The notes under the pieces were generated by a model. It had not been told where the DNA came from, searched no databases, and was given only the letters and a program-made list of their open reading frames with translations. A DNA stretch of 64,000 bases from contig CBFIGY010000001.1 of the NCBI GenBank assembly GCA_965662235.1, positions 224,001 through 288,000 on the forward strand, written 5' to 3'. The stretch comes from an uncultured bacterium (lineage in GTDB: Bacteria; SAR324; NAC60-12). The position numbers and the translations under genes were made by a program. This document shows positions 28,813 through 38,834 of this stretch, one piece after another (position 1 is the first letter of the stretch; each line of letters starts with the position of its first letter).

Positions 28813-30200
28813 CGCCCTCTCCCCTAGCACTTCCCGAAGAACTGCAGCACCTTGCTCAGGCGTTGGGAGACGCCGGAGGACGGGCCTACCTTGTCGGAGG
28901 AGCCGTCCGCGATGCCTTGCTGGGAATTCCGCTTCCCAAGGACCTTGATGTCGAAGTCTTTGGGCTCCGGGCACCTGAGCTAGAAGCCGTCTTGCAGCGG
29001 TTCGGGAAGGTTCAGCTCGTCGGCAAGAGCTTTGGGGTCTGGAAGCTTGCAACCGAGCACGCCGACTACGACTTCAGCCTCCCGCGACGGGAGCGCAAGA
29101 TCGCAGCTGGGCATCAGGGATTTGAGGTGGAATCTGACGGAAAGATGAGCTTTGCAGAAGCCTCCTCACGCCGGGACTTCACCCTCAACAGCATGGGCTA
29201 CGAAATCCTCACCGCCTGCTGGGAGGATCCTCATGGCGGCCTGAACGACTTACGCCAGCGGGTGCTCCGTCACGTTGGTCCTGCATTTTCCGAAGACCCC
29301 CTCCGGGCACTCCGGGCAGTTCAGTTTGTCGGACGCTTCCAGCTGTCGTTGCATCCGGAGACAGTCCGCCTCTGCCGGCAGCAGGACCTTTCGGAAGTTT
29401 CACCGGAGCGCCTGTTTGAAGAGTTCCGGAAGCTGCTGCTTCAGGCACCCATGCCGTCTCTGGGCATGCGGGCGCTGGAGGAAATGGAGGGCCTTCGGTT
29501 TTTCCCAGAACTGGATGCTCTCACCCGAACGCCTCAGCAGCCAGAGTGGCATCCGGAAGGAAACGTTTGGCTGCACACCCTCATGGTCCTTGACGAAGCC
29601 GCCCGCCTGCGGGTTCCGGAAGAGCCGGACGCACTCGCGCTGATGCTGGGCGCCCTGTGTCATGACCTCGGAAAGCCTTCCACCACCGTGTGGGCCGACG
29701 GACGTTGGCGCAGTCCTCGACACGACGTGGTTGGAGTCGAGGTCACCCAACGCTTCCTCGGTCGCCTCACTCGACACCAGGCGTTGCTGGAGACCGTCTG
29801 CGCCCTGGTTCAGAATCACCTGCAGCCTTACCACCTCTACAGCATCCGTAAGCGCCTCACGTCCGGAGCGATCCGACGGCTGGCTCTGCGGGTGCCGATT
29901 CCGCTGCTGGTCCGACTGGCGCAAGCCGACTTCTCCGGGAGGACCCTCCCGGAATCGCTCCGTCGAGACTTTCCGGCAGGAGACTGGTTGCTGAAAGAAG
30001 CCCAGCGCCTAGAAGTCGCACACCGCAAGCCCCAGCCCCTGCTGCAGGGGCGGCACCTCATTGCCCTCGGGGTGAAGCCCGGCCCCCAGATGGGACAGCT
30101 GCTCCAAGAGGCCTTTGAGCAGCAACTGGAAGGCGCCTTCCAAACCCTGCCTGAAGCTCAGGCCTGGATCCGGGACCGCTTGGAATCGGCTTGCTCTTGA
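28809..30200 (+). CDS. cca: tRNA nucleotidyltransferase (CCA-adding family) with HD domain
   Basis: VGGAVRD, DLDVE, RRDFTLN, EDPLR, HPEG...HT and HDLGK. ATG 28809 overlaps the kinase stop. Confidence 0.88.
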   Translation: MTPSPLALPEELQHLAQALGDAGGRAYLVGGAVRDALLGIPLPKDLDVEVFGLRAPELEAVLQRFGKVQLVGKSFGVWKLATEHADYDFSLPRRERKIAAGHQGFEVESDGKMSFAEASSRRDFTLNSMGYEILTACWEDPHGGLNDLRQRVLRHVGPAFSEDPLRALRAVQFVGRFQLSLHPETVRLCRQQDLSEVSPERLFEEFRKLLLQAPMPSLGMRALEEMEGLRFFPELDALTRTPQQPEWHPEGNVWLHTLMVLDEAARLRVPEEPDALALMLGALCHDLGKPSTTVWADGRWRSPRHDVVGVEVTQRFLGRLTRHQALLETVCALVQNHLQPYHLYSIRKRLTSGAIRRLALRVPIPLLVRLAQADFSGRTLPESLRRDFPAGDWLLKEAQRLEVAHRKPQPLLQGRHLIALGVKPGPQMGQLLQEAFEQQLEGAFQTLPEAQAWIRDRLESACS

Positions 30201-30245
30201 ACTGAAGGTTCTCCAGAATTTTCAGATTTTCTTAATCGGTTTGCC

Positions 30246-30710
30246 ATGGAAACCAAGGTTCTCATCAACAATCGACGGGCTCGGTTTGACTACGAAGTCC
30301 TGCAAACCCTTGAAGCGGGCATCGCTTTACGGGGGACGGAAGTCAAGAGCATCCGCGAGGGGAAGATCAACCTCACCGAGGGGTTCTGCCGCATCAGTGA
30401 GCGCCTGGAAGTCTTCTTGGTCAACGTCCATATCTCGCCTTACGACTTTGGCAACCGCCACAACCATGACCCCCTTCGCGAGCGGCGGCTCCTCCTGCAC
30501 CGCTCAGAGATCCGGCGCCTCTATGGGCTGGTCCGGGAGCAAGGGCTGACCCTCATTCCCCTCAAGCTCTACCTCAAGCGAGGACGCGTGAAGGTGGAGT
30601 TAGGGCTGGTTCGTGGCAAGAAGCATCATGACAAGCGTGACTCCATCAAAAAGAAGGACGCTCAACGCGAAGTCGAGCGGGCCCTGCGAGATCGTCAACG
30701 GAGTTCGTGA
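30246..30710 (+). CDS. smpB: SsrA-binding protein
   Basis: NRRARFDY, EAGIALRGTEVKSIR, LLLHRSEI and GKKHHDKR. Confidence 0.97.
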   Translation: METKVLINNRRARFDYEVLQTLEAGIALRGTEVKSIREGKINLTEGFCRISERLEVFLVNVHISPYDFGNRHNHDPLRERRLLLHRSEIRRLYGLVREQGLTLIPLKLYLKRGRVKVELGLVRGKKHHDKRDSIKKKDAQREVERALRDRQRSS

Positions 30711-31855
30711 ACCCAGACCCCACCTCTCTATCCTGGCTGGCCCTGAGCCTCGTTTCGGGGCTCGGCCCCAAGACGCTAAACGCCCTTCTCCAGCACTTCT
30801 CTTCAGTGGAGGCCCTCCTCCAGGCCTCTCCTCAGGACCTGACTCACGCCGGCACCTCTGCGTCACTCGCTGAGCGCATTTCCCGAGCAAAAGAGACCCG
30901 CAGTTTCATGATGGAACGAAGGTTGCTTGAAGAGTCTAAAGAGATTCGGCTGCTTTGTCCTGAGTCATCTGCTTATCCCCGGGTTTTACAGGAAATTGCC
31001 TCGCCTCCCCTGGTCCTCTACTGGACCGGGAGTCTGCAGCAAATCAAGGGTCCTTGCATCGCTTTTGTAGGGTCCCGGACCTGCGGAGCATACGGTCGTC
31101 AGCAGACACGCCGCCTGATCGAAGAATTGTCCCAAGTCCTTCCGGAAGTCACCATTGTCAGTGGGTTGGCCCGGGGGGTGGACACGGTGGCTCACGAGGT
31201 TGCACTGGAGCAGGGGCTCCCGACCATTGCCGTGCTTGCCGGAGGCTTGCAGCACCTCTATCCTCCGGAAAATGCTGGACTTGCAGAGGCCATCAAGCAG
31301 CAGGGCGCGCTCGTTTCCGAGTTCCCCTTGGCCCTGCGCCCCGTCGCTCGGAACTTCCCCATCCGCAATCGCGTGATCAGCGGGTTGTCCCAAGCGGTCG
31401 TTGTCACAGAAGCACGCGCCCGCAGCGGCGCCTTGATCACCGCAGCCTTTGCGCTGCAGCAGAATCGAGAGGTCTTTGCCCTGCCAGGGCGAGTGGATGC
31501 TCCCGCCAGCGAGGGGCCAAACGCTCTGATTGCCCGACAGCAGGCCCGTTTGATTCGGCACGCTCAGGACCTTTTGGAGGAGCTGCCGCACCTGCGCCAG
31601 TCCGGAGTGCAGCAACCCGAACTTCCGCTGCCGACGCCCAAGCACGTGCAGCTCAGCGAGCTTTCAGAGCCTCACCAAGCCATCTTGAAGGCCCTGAACT
31701 CCGGGATCGAAGAAGTGGATCGGCTCCATGTGGAGAGCCAGGTTCCCATGGCCCACTTGCTCTCAGCCCTGATCGAGTTGGAGCTGATGGGATACATACA
31801 ACCCCAAGGAGGCCAGCGTTACCGGTTGGAACCGAACTTGGAACTGGTAAACTGA
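30707..31855 (+). CDS. dprA: DNA-processing protein DprA
   Basis: VGSR, IVSGLARGVD, FPIRNRVISGLS, SGALITA and REVFALPG. Confidence 0.95.
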   Translation: MNPDPTSLSWLALSLVSGLGPKTLNALLQHFSSVEALLQASPQDLTHAGTSASLAERISRAKETRSFMMERRLLEESKEIRLLCPESSAYPRVLQEIASPPLVLYWTGSLQQIKGPCIAFVGSRTCGAYGRQQTRRLIEELSQVLPEVTIVSGLARGVDTVAHEVALEQGLPTIAVLAGGLQHLYPPENAGLAEAIKQQGALVSEFPLALRPVARNFPIRNRVISGLSQAVVVTEARARSGALITAAFALQQNREVFALPGRVDAPASEGPNALIARQQARLIRHAQDLLEELPHLRQSGVQQPELPLPTPKHVQLSELSEPHQAILKALNSGIEEVDRLHVESQVPMAHLLSALIELELMGYIQPQGGQRYRLEPNLELVN

Positions 31856-31867
31856 AGCAAACAGACC

Positions 31868-32731
31868 ATGAGCGATCTGGAAACCACCATATACGTCGTT
31901 GGCGCCAAACGCAGATGGGCTCTGCGGGGCCGTGTCTTGAGGCGCGTCATCACTTTCATCGTGATCGTCCTGCTGAGCCTGGCCCTCACCATTACGTATC
32001 AGGTGTACTCCCACCGCAAAGAAGTCGCCACCCTGCAGGAGCAGTTTGAACAGGAGTCACTGAAGAGTGCCAAGCTGCAGGCGCTACTGGTGGACCGCAA
32101 CACTCAGGAAGCCCTGGCTCCAGAAACACAGTCTCCGGAAGAGAAGACCCTAACCGACCAGCAGGCTGAACTCATTGAGCGCCAGAAGCGTCAACTCCAG
32201 GAACTCCGGGATTCCCTGCGTCAGCGGGAGCTGGTGGTCCAGCAGCTTGAGATTGAGAAGCGTTCCTCTCAGGGGCAGATTGATGACCTCCAGGAGCAGC
32301 TCCGGGAAACAGAAACCGCGCTTCGGCAGGTGGAAGCCGAAGTGGAGGACCTCCGGGACCAGAACCTGGCTCAGTCCGGTGTTTCCCCCGAACCGGAACG
32401 CAACAGCACGGCCTCCCCTGACAAGCTCCTGCTGGTGGAAGCCCTGAAGATGAACCTGCGGGACAGCGTCCTGAGTCTACGGTTCAACCTGACCAACAAC
32501 ACGGGAGAGATCCAGCAGGGACGCGTGGGCGTCTTGGTGGTGCCCCAGGATCAGCTTACCAATGAACTGGAGTACAACCCGGCCCGGTCCATTCCGTTCC
32601 GCATCCGACGCTTCCGGGTGATCTCGAAGGAGTACCAGGTCAACGAGCCCAACCAGTACGTCCGCATTGTCGCTTGGAACGATGACCAGAAGATGGTCAT
32701 GGATGAGAACTTCCCCATTGCAGCTGAGTGA
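31868..32731 (+). CDS. Hypothetical single-TM coiled-coil protein
   Basis: TM helix near the N-terminus, long heptad region and a beta-rich C-terminal domain. Confidence 0.7.
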   Translation: MSDLETTIYVVGAKRRWALRGRVLRRVITFIVIVLLSLALTITYQVYSHRKEVATLQEQFEQESLKSAKLQALLVDRNTQEALAPETQSPEEKTLTDQQAELIERQKRQLQELRDSLRQRELVVQQLEIEKRSSQGQIDDLQEQLRETETALRQVEAEVEDLRDQNLAQSGVSPEPERNSTASPDKLLLVEALKMNLRDSVLSLRFNLTNNTGEIQQGRVGVLVVPQDQLTNELEYNPARSIPFRIRRFRVISKEYQVNEPNQYVRIVAWNDDQKMVMDENFPIAAE

Positions 32732-33462
32732 CCTTGACGCCTTCGCCTCTGATTGCGCTCGAAGCGGTCACCAAGCGCTTTGGCTACCGGACCATTCTCC
32801 ATCAGCTCAGTGCTAACATTGCGCCTGGCGAATCGGTGCTGTTGCTCGGAAACAACGGAGCCGGAAAGTCCACCCTCCTGCGCCTGATCAGCTCCCTTTC
32901 GCGCCCTACCTCCGGACAGTTGCTTTTCCAGGGAAAGCCCTATGCCGACTGTCACATGGACCTGCTCCAGAACCTTGGGGTCATCTCACATGAAAGCCGG
33001 CTTTATCCAGACCTGAGCGCTGAGGAAAACCTGCGTCTCTTCGGAACCCTGCACCGCGCCACTCACCTGAATGAGCGCATTCCGGAAGTTCTGGAAGAGG
33101 TCCGCTTGGCACACGTACGGCTGGCTCCGGTCCGGACGTTTTCCAGTGGCATGACCAAACGCCTCATGATCGCCCGGGTGCTGCTGTACCGGCCTCAGCT
33201 GCTGCTGATGGACGAACCCTACACCGGGCTGGACCAAAGCTCCGTCCGCTGGCTGCAGGACCTGCTGGTCACCCACCGAAAAAACGGAGGCAGCCTGATT
33301 CTGGTCACCCATCAGCTCGACCTTGGACTTGAAGTGGCCACCCGGGTCCTGCTCCTTCACAAACAGCGGCTGACCCAAGACCTTCCCGTCTCTGAAGTGA
33401 CCCTGGAAGCCTGCTCCTCCTGGCTGAACGATGGAGTTCACTACCCACCTCCTGAATCCTGA
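32728..33462 (+). CDS. ccmA: Heme exporter-type ABC ATPase (CcmA-like)
   Basis: GNNGAGKST, FSSGMTKRL and LLMDEPYTGLD; no ccmB nearby. Confidence 0.7.
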   Translation: MTLTPSPLIALEAVTKRFGYRTILHQLSANIAPGESVLLLGNNGAGKSTLLRLISSLSRPTSGQLLFQGKPYADCHMDLLQNLGVISHESRLYPDLSAEENLRLFGTLHRATHLNERIPEVLEEVRLAHVRLAPVRTFSSGMTKRLMIARVLLYRPQLLLMDEPYTGLDQSSVRWLQDLLVTHRKNGGSLILVTHQLDLGLEVATRVLLLHKQRLTQDLPVSEVTLEACSSWLNDGVHYPPPES

Positions 33463-34609
33463 GCACCTTCCCATTGTCCAGCAGGCCGGCCTCTCTGAAG
33501 TGCTGCTGGAGCACCGCCTGCTCAGTCGCTTGGGAACGCTGGACACCCCCGAATTTCAGACACTGCTGGACCAGACGCTTGCTGCTGGGCTAACCCCTGT
33601 CGTTGTTTGGGATGTGCTGGCGGAACCTACCACGCTGGCTGCTGGCATCCGCACCCTCGACGAACTGAAACTGCCTGCAAACCTGAACCTCCGGGCCCAG
33701 GATGCGGGAGTTGCCGAGTGGGTTCGGCTCAACCGCCCCGATTGGAAGCTCCACTGGCTGGTTGAAGGGAACACACACAACCTCACCGGCCTGAAGCGCT
33801 GGGAAGCAGCACTGGCGCCCCAGCTGGTCCGCCTCGTCCTCTCTTCTGAACTTCCGGGCGCGCTTCAGCAGCAATACGCCGAGCAGCTCCAGACGCCCTG
33901 CGAAACTCTCGGGGCCGGGCGACTTCTGCTCTTCCACAGCCCTCGTCCGCTGCTCTCCGCCCTGAACACTACTGTTCCCTACCAGGAACGGCAGATCAGC
34001 ACCGACGCCCAGGGTCGGCACCCGCATCCAATTGTGGAAAACCAGCATGGCACCTTCATGTTTCACAACCGGGACCTCGTCATCCTAGACCGTCTGGCCA
34101 GCGTTTCCGCGTTGCACACCCTCCGGCTGGACCTCCGCTTTCACCCCGACTTCTCCGTGCTTCCTGAGCTGGTCGCGCTCGCTAAGCAGGCCCTGAAGGG
34201 TCCGCTTGACGCAGCAGCCTCGCAGCAACTGAGTGATCGGTGGCCCACGCGAACCACCCATGGCTTCTTCCGGACCAACCGCACAGAACGCCCCATTGAG
34301 CGCCTCCGGAACCCCCACCGGCAGATCCGGGACGAACGACTGGTGGCCTGGGTCGTGGAAGCCGTCAAGCAAGAGCACCTGGCCCTGTTCACACGCCAAC
34401 CCCTTCAGGAGGGAATGCGCTTGCTGGCCCTCACTCCCAGCGGCAAGGAAGTGTCGTTCACCCTGGAGTCCCTCCGGAACGCCTCTGGGGCGCCTCAAGC
34501 AACCGCCGCTCCGGACACCCTGTGCCTCATCCCGCACCTCAAGTACCTCACGCCTCGGACGCTGATTTATCAAATCGAAGCCGATTTTCCGCCCGAACAC
34601 GGGGCATGA
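33431..34609 (+). CDS. U32 'peptidase' family protein (YrrN/TrhP1-like, lacking the Cys cluster)
   Basis: QDAGV, RLVLSSEL, GRLLLFHSPRPLLS, ENQHGTFMF..DL and TTHGF, plus a C-terminal beta-barrel. Confidence 0.7.
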   Translation: MEFTTHLLNPEHLPIVQQAGLSEVLLEHRLLSRLGTLDTPEFQTLLDQTLAAGLTPVVVWDVLAEPTTLAAGIRTLDELKLPANLNLRAQDAGVAEWVRLNRPDWKLHWLVEGNTHNLTGLKRWEAALAPQLVRLVLSSELPGALQQQYAEQLQTPCETLGAGRLLLFHSPRPLLSALNTTVPYQERQISTDAQGRHPHPIVENQHGTFMFHNRDLVILDRLASVSALHTLRLDLRFHPDFSVLPELVALAKQALKGPLDAAASQQLSDRWPTRTTHGFFRTNRTERPIERLRNPHRQIRDERLVAWVVEAVKQEHLALFTRQPLQEGMRLLALTPSGKEVSFTLESLRNASGAPQATAAPDTLCLIPHLKYLTPRTLIYQIEADFPPEHGA

Positions 34610-34733
34610 ATCCCTGCCGCCGCACCAGACTTTGCTTGTAAGTTCACACGTCCGAAGCTAATTTGGAGCGTTTGAATTCAAGTTTTCCCTTAAGATTCGG
34701 GAGCGTCCGCGCACCCACTCTCCAGAACACCTC

Positions 34734-35687
34734 ATGCAAGTCATCGACTCCGCTGAAGAACGCATCACCCCTGTTCCGGCGGTTGTGACTCTGGGAAATT
34801 TTGATGGCTTCCACTTGGGGCACCAGGCGTTGGTTGCTGCAGTGGTCCGAGATGCCCAGCAGCTCGGTTGCCAGGCAGCGCTGGTCACCTTTGACCCGCA
34901 CCCGCAGGAGGTGGTTCACACCAACAAGAAGGTTCCCCGGATCTGCACTCCTGAGCTGCGACTGCGGGGCTTCAGCCAGTCCGGACTTGACGCGGTTCAT
35001 GTGATCCCCTTCACTCGAGAGCTTGCCGAGCTGGAGGCTGAAGAATTTGCACGACGCTTCCTGCTGGAACGCTTTCAGTTGGAAAAGGTGGTGATCGGAT
35101 ATGATTTCCGCTTTGGCAAAAACCGAGGAGGGGACTTCAAGCTGCTGGAGACGCTCAGCCAGAGCCACTCCTTTGCCCTTGAGGAAGTGCCTCCGGTTCA
35201 AGTGGAGCAGCAAACCGTCAGCAGCACGCTGATCCGGCAGTTGCTGCAGAACTACCAGTTCGGTGAACTCCCGACCTACCTCGGACGTCCGCACAGCCTG
35301 CTCGGAACGGTCGTGGCAGGCGAACAGCGCGGCCGGCAGCTGGGCATTCCAACAGCGAACCTGCTGCCTCAGGTGCCACTGGCCCTGCCCAATGGGGTCT
35401 ATGCGTCTCGACTCCAGATTGGAGGAAGGGTGCACTATGGCGTCACCAATGTGGGACAGAAGCCGACCTTTGGGACCCATGCGACCACGGTGGAGACGTG
35501 GATTTTTGACTTTGAGGAAGACATCTACGGCGAAACGCTTGAGGTGTGGCCGATTCACCACCTGCGGGAGGAGCAGAAGTTCTCCAGCCTAGATGCGCTC
35601 ATTCGACAGATTCATCAGGACGCGGAACAGGCTCAGGAGCTGCTGGCACACTCAGAAGTGCTTTCCCACCTGTTTCCTGCTCCTTAA
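34734..35687 (+). CDS. ribF: Bifunctional riboflavin kinase / FAD synthetase
   Basis: GNFDGFHLGHQ, GYDFRFG, SSTLIR, GRQLGIPTAN and LREEQKF. Confidence 0.96.
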   Translation: MQVIDSAEERITPVPAVVTLGNFDGFHLGHQALVAAVVRDAQQLGCQAALVTFDPHPQEVVHTNKKVPRICTPELRLRGFSQSGLDAVHVIPFTRELAELEAEEFARRFLLERFQLEKVVIGYDFRFGKNRGGDFKLLETLSQSHSFALEEVPPVQVEQQTVSSTLIRQLLQNYQFGELPTYLGRPHSLLGTVVAGEQRGRQLGIPTANLLPQVPLALPNGVYASRLQIGGRVHYGVTNVGQKPTFGTHATTVETWIFDFEEDIYGETLEVWPIHHLREEQKFSSLDALIRQIHQDAEQAQELLAHSEVLSHLFPAP

Positions 35688-35722
35688 CCCCTTCGGCGCG
35701 TTAGTGACCTCGGACTCCTGCC

Positions 35723-36352
35723 ATGTCGATCTACTCCGAAACCATCCCCATCTTTCCCCTAGGAGGAAGCATTTTGCTTCCGCAGGCCATCTTGCCACTT
35801 CACATCTTTGAGCCCCGGTACCGTCAAATGGTGGAGCACGCCATGAATGAGGAATCGCTGATTGGCATGGTGCAGCCCCTGGATTCAGACTCTGAGGCCC
35901 TGCATCAAGTGGGGTGCCTTGGGAAGATTGAAGAGTTTCAGAAGCTTCCCAACGGCAACTACCTCATTCAGCTCCATGGCATCCTCCGCTTTCAGCTTCT
36001 GCACGAGCTGGAGGTCGACACCCTCTTCCGGCAGTTCCGGGTCAGCTACCAGGACTTTGAAGTGGACCTGAAGGAACCGCAGCCTCCTGACAATCCGGAG
36101 CGCCTCAGCCTGGCCTTTCAGGAGTACACCGAAAAGAAGCAGCTTCAGATTGAGTGGGAAAAGATCCAGTCCATTCCCATGCACTTCCTGGTCAACATCC
36201 TCTGCATGAACCTCGACTTTGGGAACCTGGAGAAGCAGGCCCTGCTGGAGAGTCCAGACCTTGTCAGCCGCACCGAAAACCTCATCACCTTGATGGAGAT
36301 GGCGGTCGCTGAGGAGTTTCATGGAGACGACCTTTCCAATCAAATCAACTAA
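35723..36352 (+). CDS. Lon protease N-terminal (substrate-binding) domain protein
   Basis: IPIFPL, LPLHIFEPRYRQMV and EKQALLE. Confidence 0.88.
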   Translation: MSIYSETIPIFPLGGSILLPQAILPLHIFEPRYRQMVEHAMNEESLIGMVQPLDSDSEALHQVGCLGKIEEFQKLPNGNYLIQLHGILRFQLLHELEVDTLFRQFRVSYQDFEVDLKEPQPPDNPERLSLAFQEYTEKKQLQIEWEKIQSIPMHFLVNILCMNLDFGNLEKQALLESPDLVSRTENLITLMEMAVAEEFHGDDLSNQIN

Positions 36353-36363
36353 CAAAAACTCGC

Positions 36364-37368
36364 ATGCGTTCATTTCTGCTCAGCCTCCTCCTCCTCAGCA
36401 CGCCCCTGCTCGCCGGGGCAGAAACCCCCAACGCCTACTCTTCCAACCCCACTGTTGCCACTCTGGACGGTCAGGCAATCACCCTGGAAACCCTCCGGAA
36501 CAAACAGATTCAGGACCTGAATCAGCAGCTACACGATGCCCTCTTTCAGCAGCTGGTCGAGTACAGTGTGACCGAGCTGGCCAAAACGCATGAGGAGATC
36601 CAGGCCACTCCGGAGATTGAGATCTCTGATGCCGAAGTCGAAAGCTTCTACAACCTCTCTGGACTGCAAAGCCGCGGAACCCTGAGTCAGCTGGCTCCCC
36701 AGATTCGAGGCTTCATGGAGCAGCAAATGCGGGCAGAGCACTTCCGGAAGCAGTATGCCCTTGCCCAGGAGAAGGGATGGGTGACGTCTTACCTGGAGCC
36801 GCCATCCGAATTTTTGCTGGAAGCTCAGCTAAAAACCGCCTACATTCGGGGCAACTCGGACGCTCAGGTGATGATGCTGGAGTTTTCGGACTACCAGTGC
36901 CCGTTCTGCTTGCGGGTGCAGGAGTCGATTCAGAACCTGATTGAAGCTTACGGAGACCGGGTTGCCTTCGGGTACCGCCACTTCCCCCTGACCTTCCACA
37001 CTGAAGCCGATGAAGCCGCCGTGGCGTCGGAATGCGCCCGGGAGCAGGGCAAGTTTGAGCCCCTGCACGACCTCCTTTACAAGCGCCAGAAGGCTCAGTT
37101 CCCCAAGAACCTCAAGGCCTATGGTCGGGAGATTCAGATCAAGGACGTGGACGCCTACGATACCTGCATTGATGAAGACCGCTACCGCCAGCAAGTCAAC
37201 CAAGACATTGAAGACGGCATGGCCCTCGGCATCAACGGCACCCCCGGATTCATCATTGGGCTCTACGACCCTGAGGCGAAGACGGTCAAAGGGGAACTGC
37301 TTTCTGGGGCTCAGCCGTACCAGAAGTTTGTGGAACTCCTAGAAAAGTACCTGGGACGTCGGTCTTAA
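36364..37368 (+). CDS. Exported DsbA/thioredoxin-family protein
   Basis: Signal peptide, EFSDYQCPFC, RHFPL and GINGTPGF. Confidence 0.9.
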   Translation: MRSFLLSLLLLSTPLLAGAETPNAYSSNPTVATLDGQAITLETLRNKQIQDLNQQLHDALFQQLVEYSVTELAKTHEEIQATPEIEISDAEVESFYNLSGLQSRGTLSQLAPQIRGFMEQQMRAEHFRKQYALAQEKGWVTSYLEPPSEFLLEAQLKTAYIRGNSDAQVMMLEFSDYQCPFCLRVQESIQNLIEAYGDRVAFGYRHFPLTFHTEADEAAVASECAREQGKFEPLHDLLYKRQKAQFPKNLKAYGREIQIKDVDAYDTCIDEDRYRQQVNQDIEDGMALGINGTPGFIIGLYDPEAKTVKGELLSGAQPYQKFVELLEKYLGRRS

Positions 37369-37386
37369 CCCGCCCGCTTCAAGAAA

Positions 37387-38802
37387 ATGGCCATGGAAAC
37401 TGTAGAAGCCCTGAGGAATTCACTGGAGCAGATTCACGCTCCACGGGTGCTGGTCCTAGGAGACCTGATGCTGGACCGTTACTCCTGGGGAGCCGTGGAC
37501 CGCATCTCTCCGGAAGCCCCCATCCCAGTCCTACGGGTGGTCCGAGAGGATCAGCGCCTAGGAGGAGCAGGGAACGTCATGATGAACCTGGTTGCTCTTG
37601 GGGCTCAGGTTCGGGCGTGTGGCCTGATTGGCCAAGATGAGTCCGGACGCACCATCCGAGAAATTCTGGAGCAGAACCACATTGACGCCTCCGGTGTTTT
37701 GGAGTCCGATCAGTACAACACGGTTCTCAAGCACCGGATGATCTCTGGGCACACCCACCTGTTGCGGATGGACATGGACCCTGTAAAGGGCTACAGCCTC
37801 CCTAGCCAGGAAGAGGCGCAGATCCTGGACTCCATCAAAAGGCACATCACCGAGGTAGACGCCGTTGTCGTCTCCGACTATGGAAAGGGGCTCCTGACAG
37901 AGAACCTGCTCCGTTCTGTTGCCGCCTTGGGCAAGACTCATCAGATTCCGGTGGTCGGAGACCCCTGCCGCGGAGTCGATTATGGTGTTTACCAAGACTT
38001 CACCCTCATCAAGCCGAACCGCAAGGAAACCGAACAGGCCGTCGGCTTCAGCCTCAACGACCGGAACAGCATCCTCCGGGCAGCCCAGCACCTCAAGTTT
38101 CAGGTGGGTCTTGAGTACGTCGTCATCAGCCTCGACAAGGATGGACTGCTCCTCTTCAAGGACCCGCAGACCTTCCAATTCTTTGAGGCGGAGTCTCAGG
38201 AGGTCTTTGACGTCGTCGGCGCCGGAGACATGGTCATCAGCGTGCTCTGCTTCATGCTGGCGGGCAAGGCTCCGATTGAGCATGCCGCCTACTGGTCTCA
38301 GCTGGCAGCCAGCATGGAAATCCAGCACGTCGGGGTCGTTTCCTTTACGAAACCGGAGCTGCTGCACCGGATGGACTTCGGAGAAACATCCTCCAAGATT
38401 GTCACCCTAGAGCAACTCTCCCGGCACCTTGCTCAGCAGGAGCAGCCGGTTGTCTTCACCAACGGGTACTTCGATGACCTCAGCGCCGGGCACCTGAAGT
38501 TCCTGCACCAGCTAAAGGTCCTCCGGGGTTTCAACGTCGTCGCCATCAACAGCGACCGCGTCATCGCCGAACAGAAGGGGCAGCCCCCTTTGCTGAATGA
38601 GCGGGAGCGCGCCATGCTGCTCTCTTCCATTGAAGCCGTTGACCGCGTGGTGATCTTTGACGAAGCCGATGCCAGCCGTCTGATTGAGCGCATCCACCCG
38701 CAGATTGTCGTCAAGGGAGAGCGATACCGAGAGGTCGACCTTCCGGAAGCAGGCGCCATTGCCGAAGTCAACGCCCGCCTTGAGTACCTCAAGGAATACT
38801 AA
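37387..38802 (+). CDS. hldE: Bifunctional heptose-7-phosphate kinase / heptose-1-phosphate adenylyltransferase (C-domain degenerate)
   Basis: GDLMLDRY, RISPEAPIPV, GGAGNV, SDYGKG and DVVGAGD; C-domain has VFTNGYFD, NSD and VKG. Confidence 0.9.
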   Translation: MAMETVEALRNSLEQIHAPRVLVLGDLMLDRYSWGAVDRISPEAPIPVLRVVREDQRLGGAGNVMMNLVALGAQVRACGLIGQDESGRTIREILEQNHIDASGVLESDQYNTVLKHRMISGHTHLLRMDMDPVKGYSLPSQEEAQILDSIKRHITEVDAVVVSDYGKGLLTENLLRSVAALGKTHQIPVVGDPCRGVDYGVYQDFTLIKPNRKETEQAVGFSLNDRNSILRAAQHLKFQVGLEYVVISLDKDGLLLFKDPQTFQFFEAESQEVFDVVGAGDMVISVLCFMLAGKAPIEHAAYWSQLAASMEIQHVGVVSFTKPELLHRMDFGETSSKIVTLEQLSRHLAQQEQPVVFTNGYFDDLSAGHLKFLHQLKVLRGFNVVAINSDRVIAEQKGQPPLLNERERAMLLSSIEAVDRVVIFDEADASRLIERIHPQIVVKGERYREVDLPEAGAIAEVNARLEYLKEY

Positions 38803-38834
38803 ACCCCACCGTCATCACCTACACGAGAGAGCCC

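Noticed and set aside
30200..30710. tmRNA gene next to smpB
   Set aside because: The flanks are too short and no tRNA-like ends are visible.
34610..34733. FMN riboswitch upstream of ribF
   Set aside because: None of the conserved RFN sequence blocks are present.
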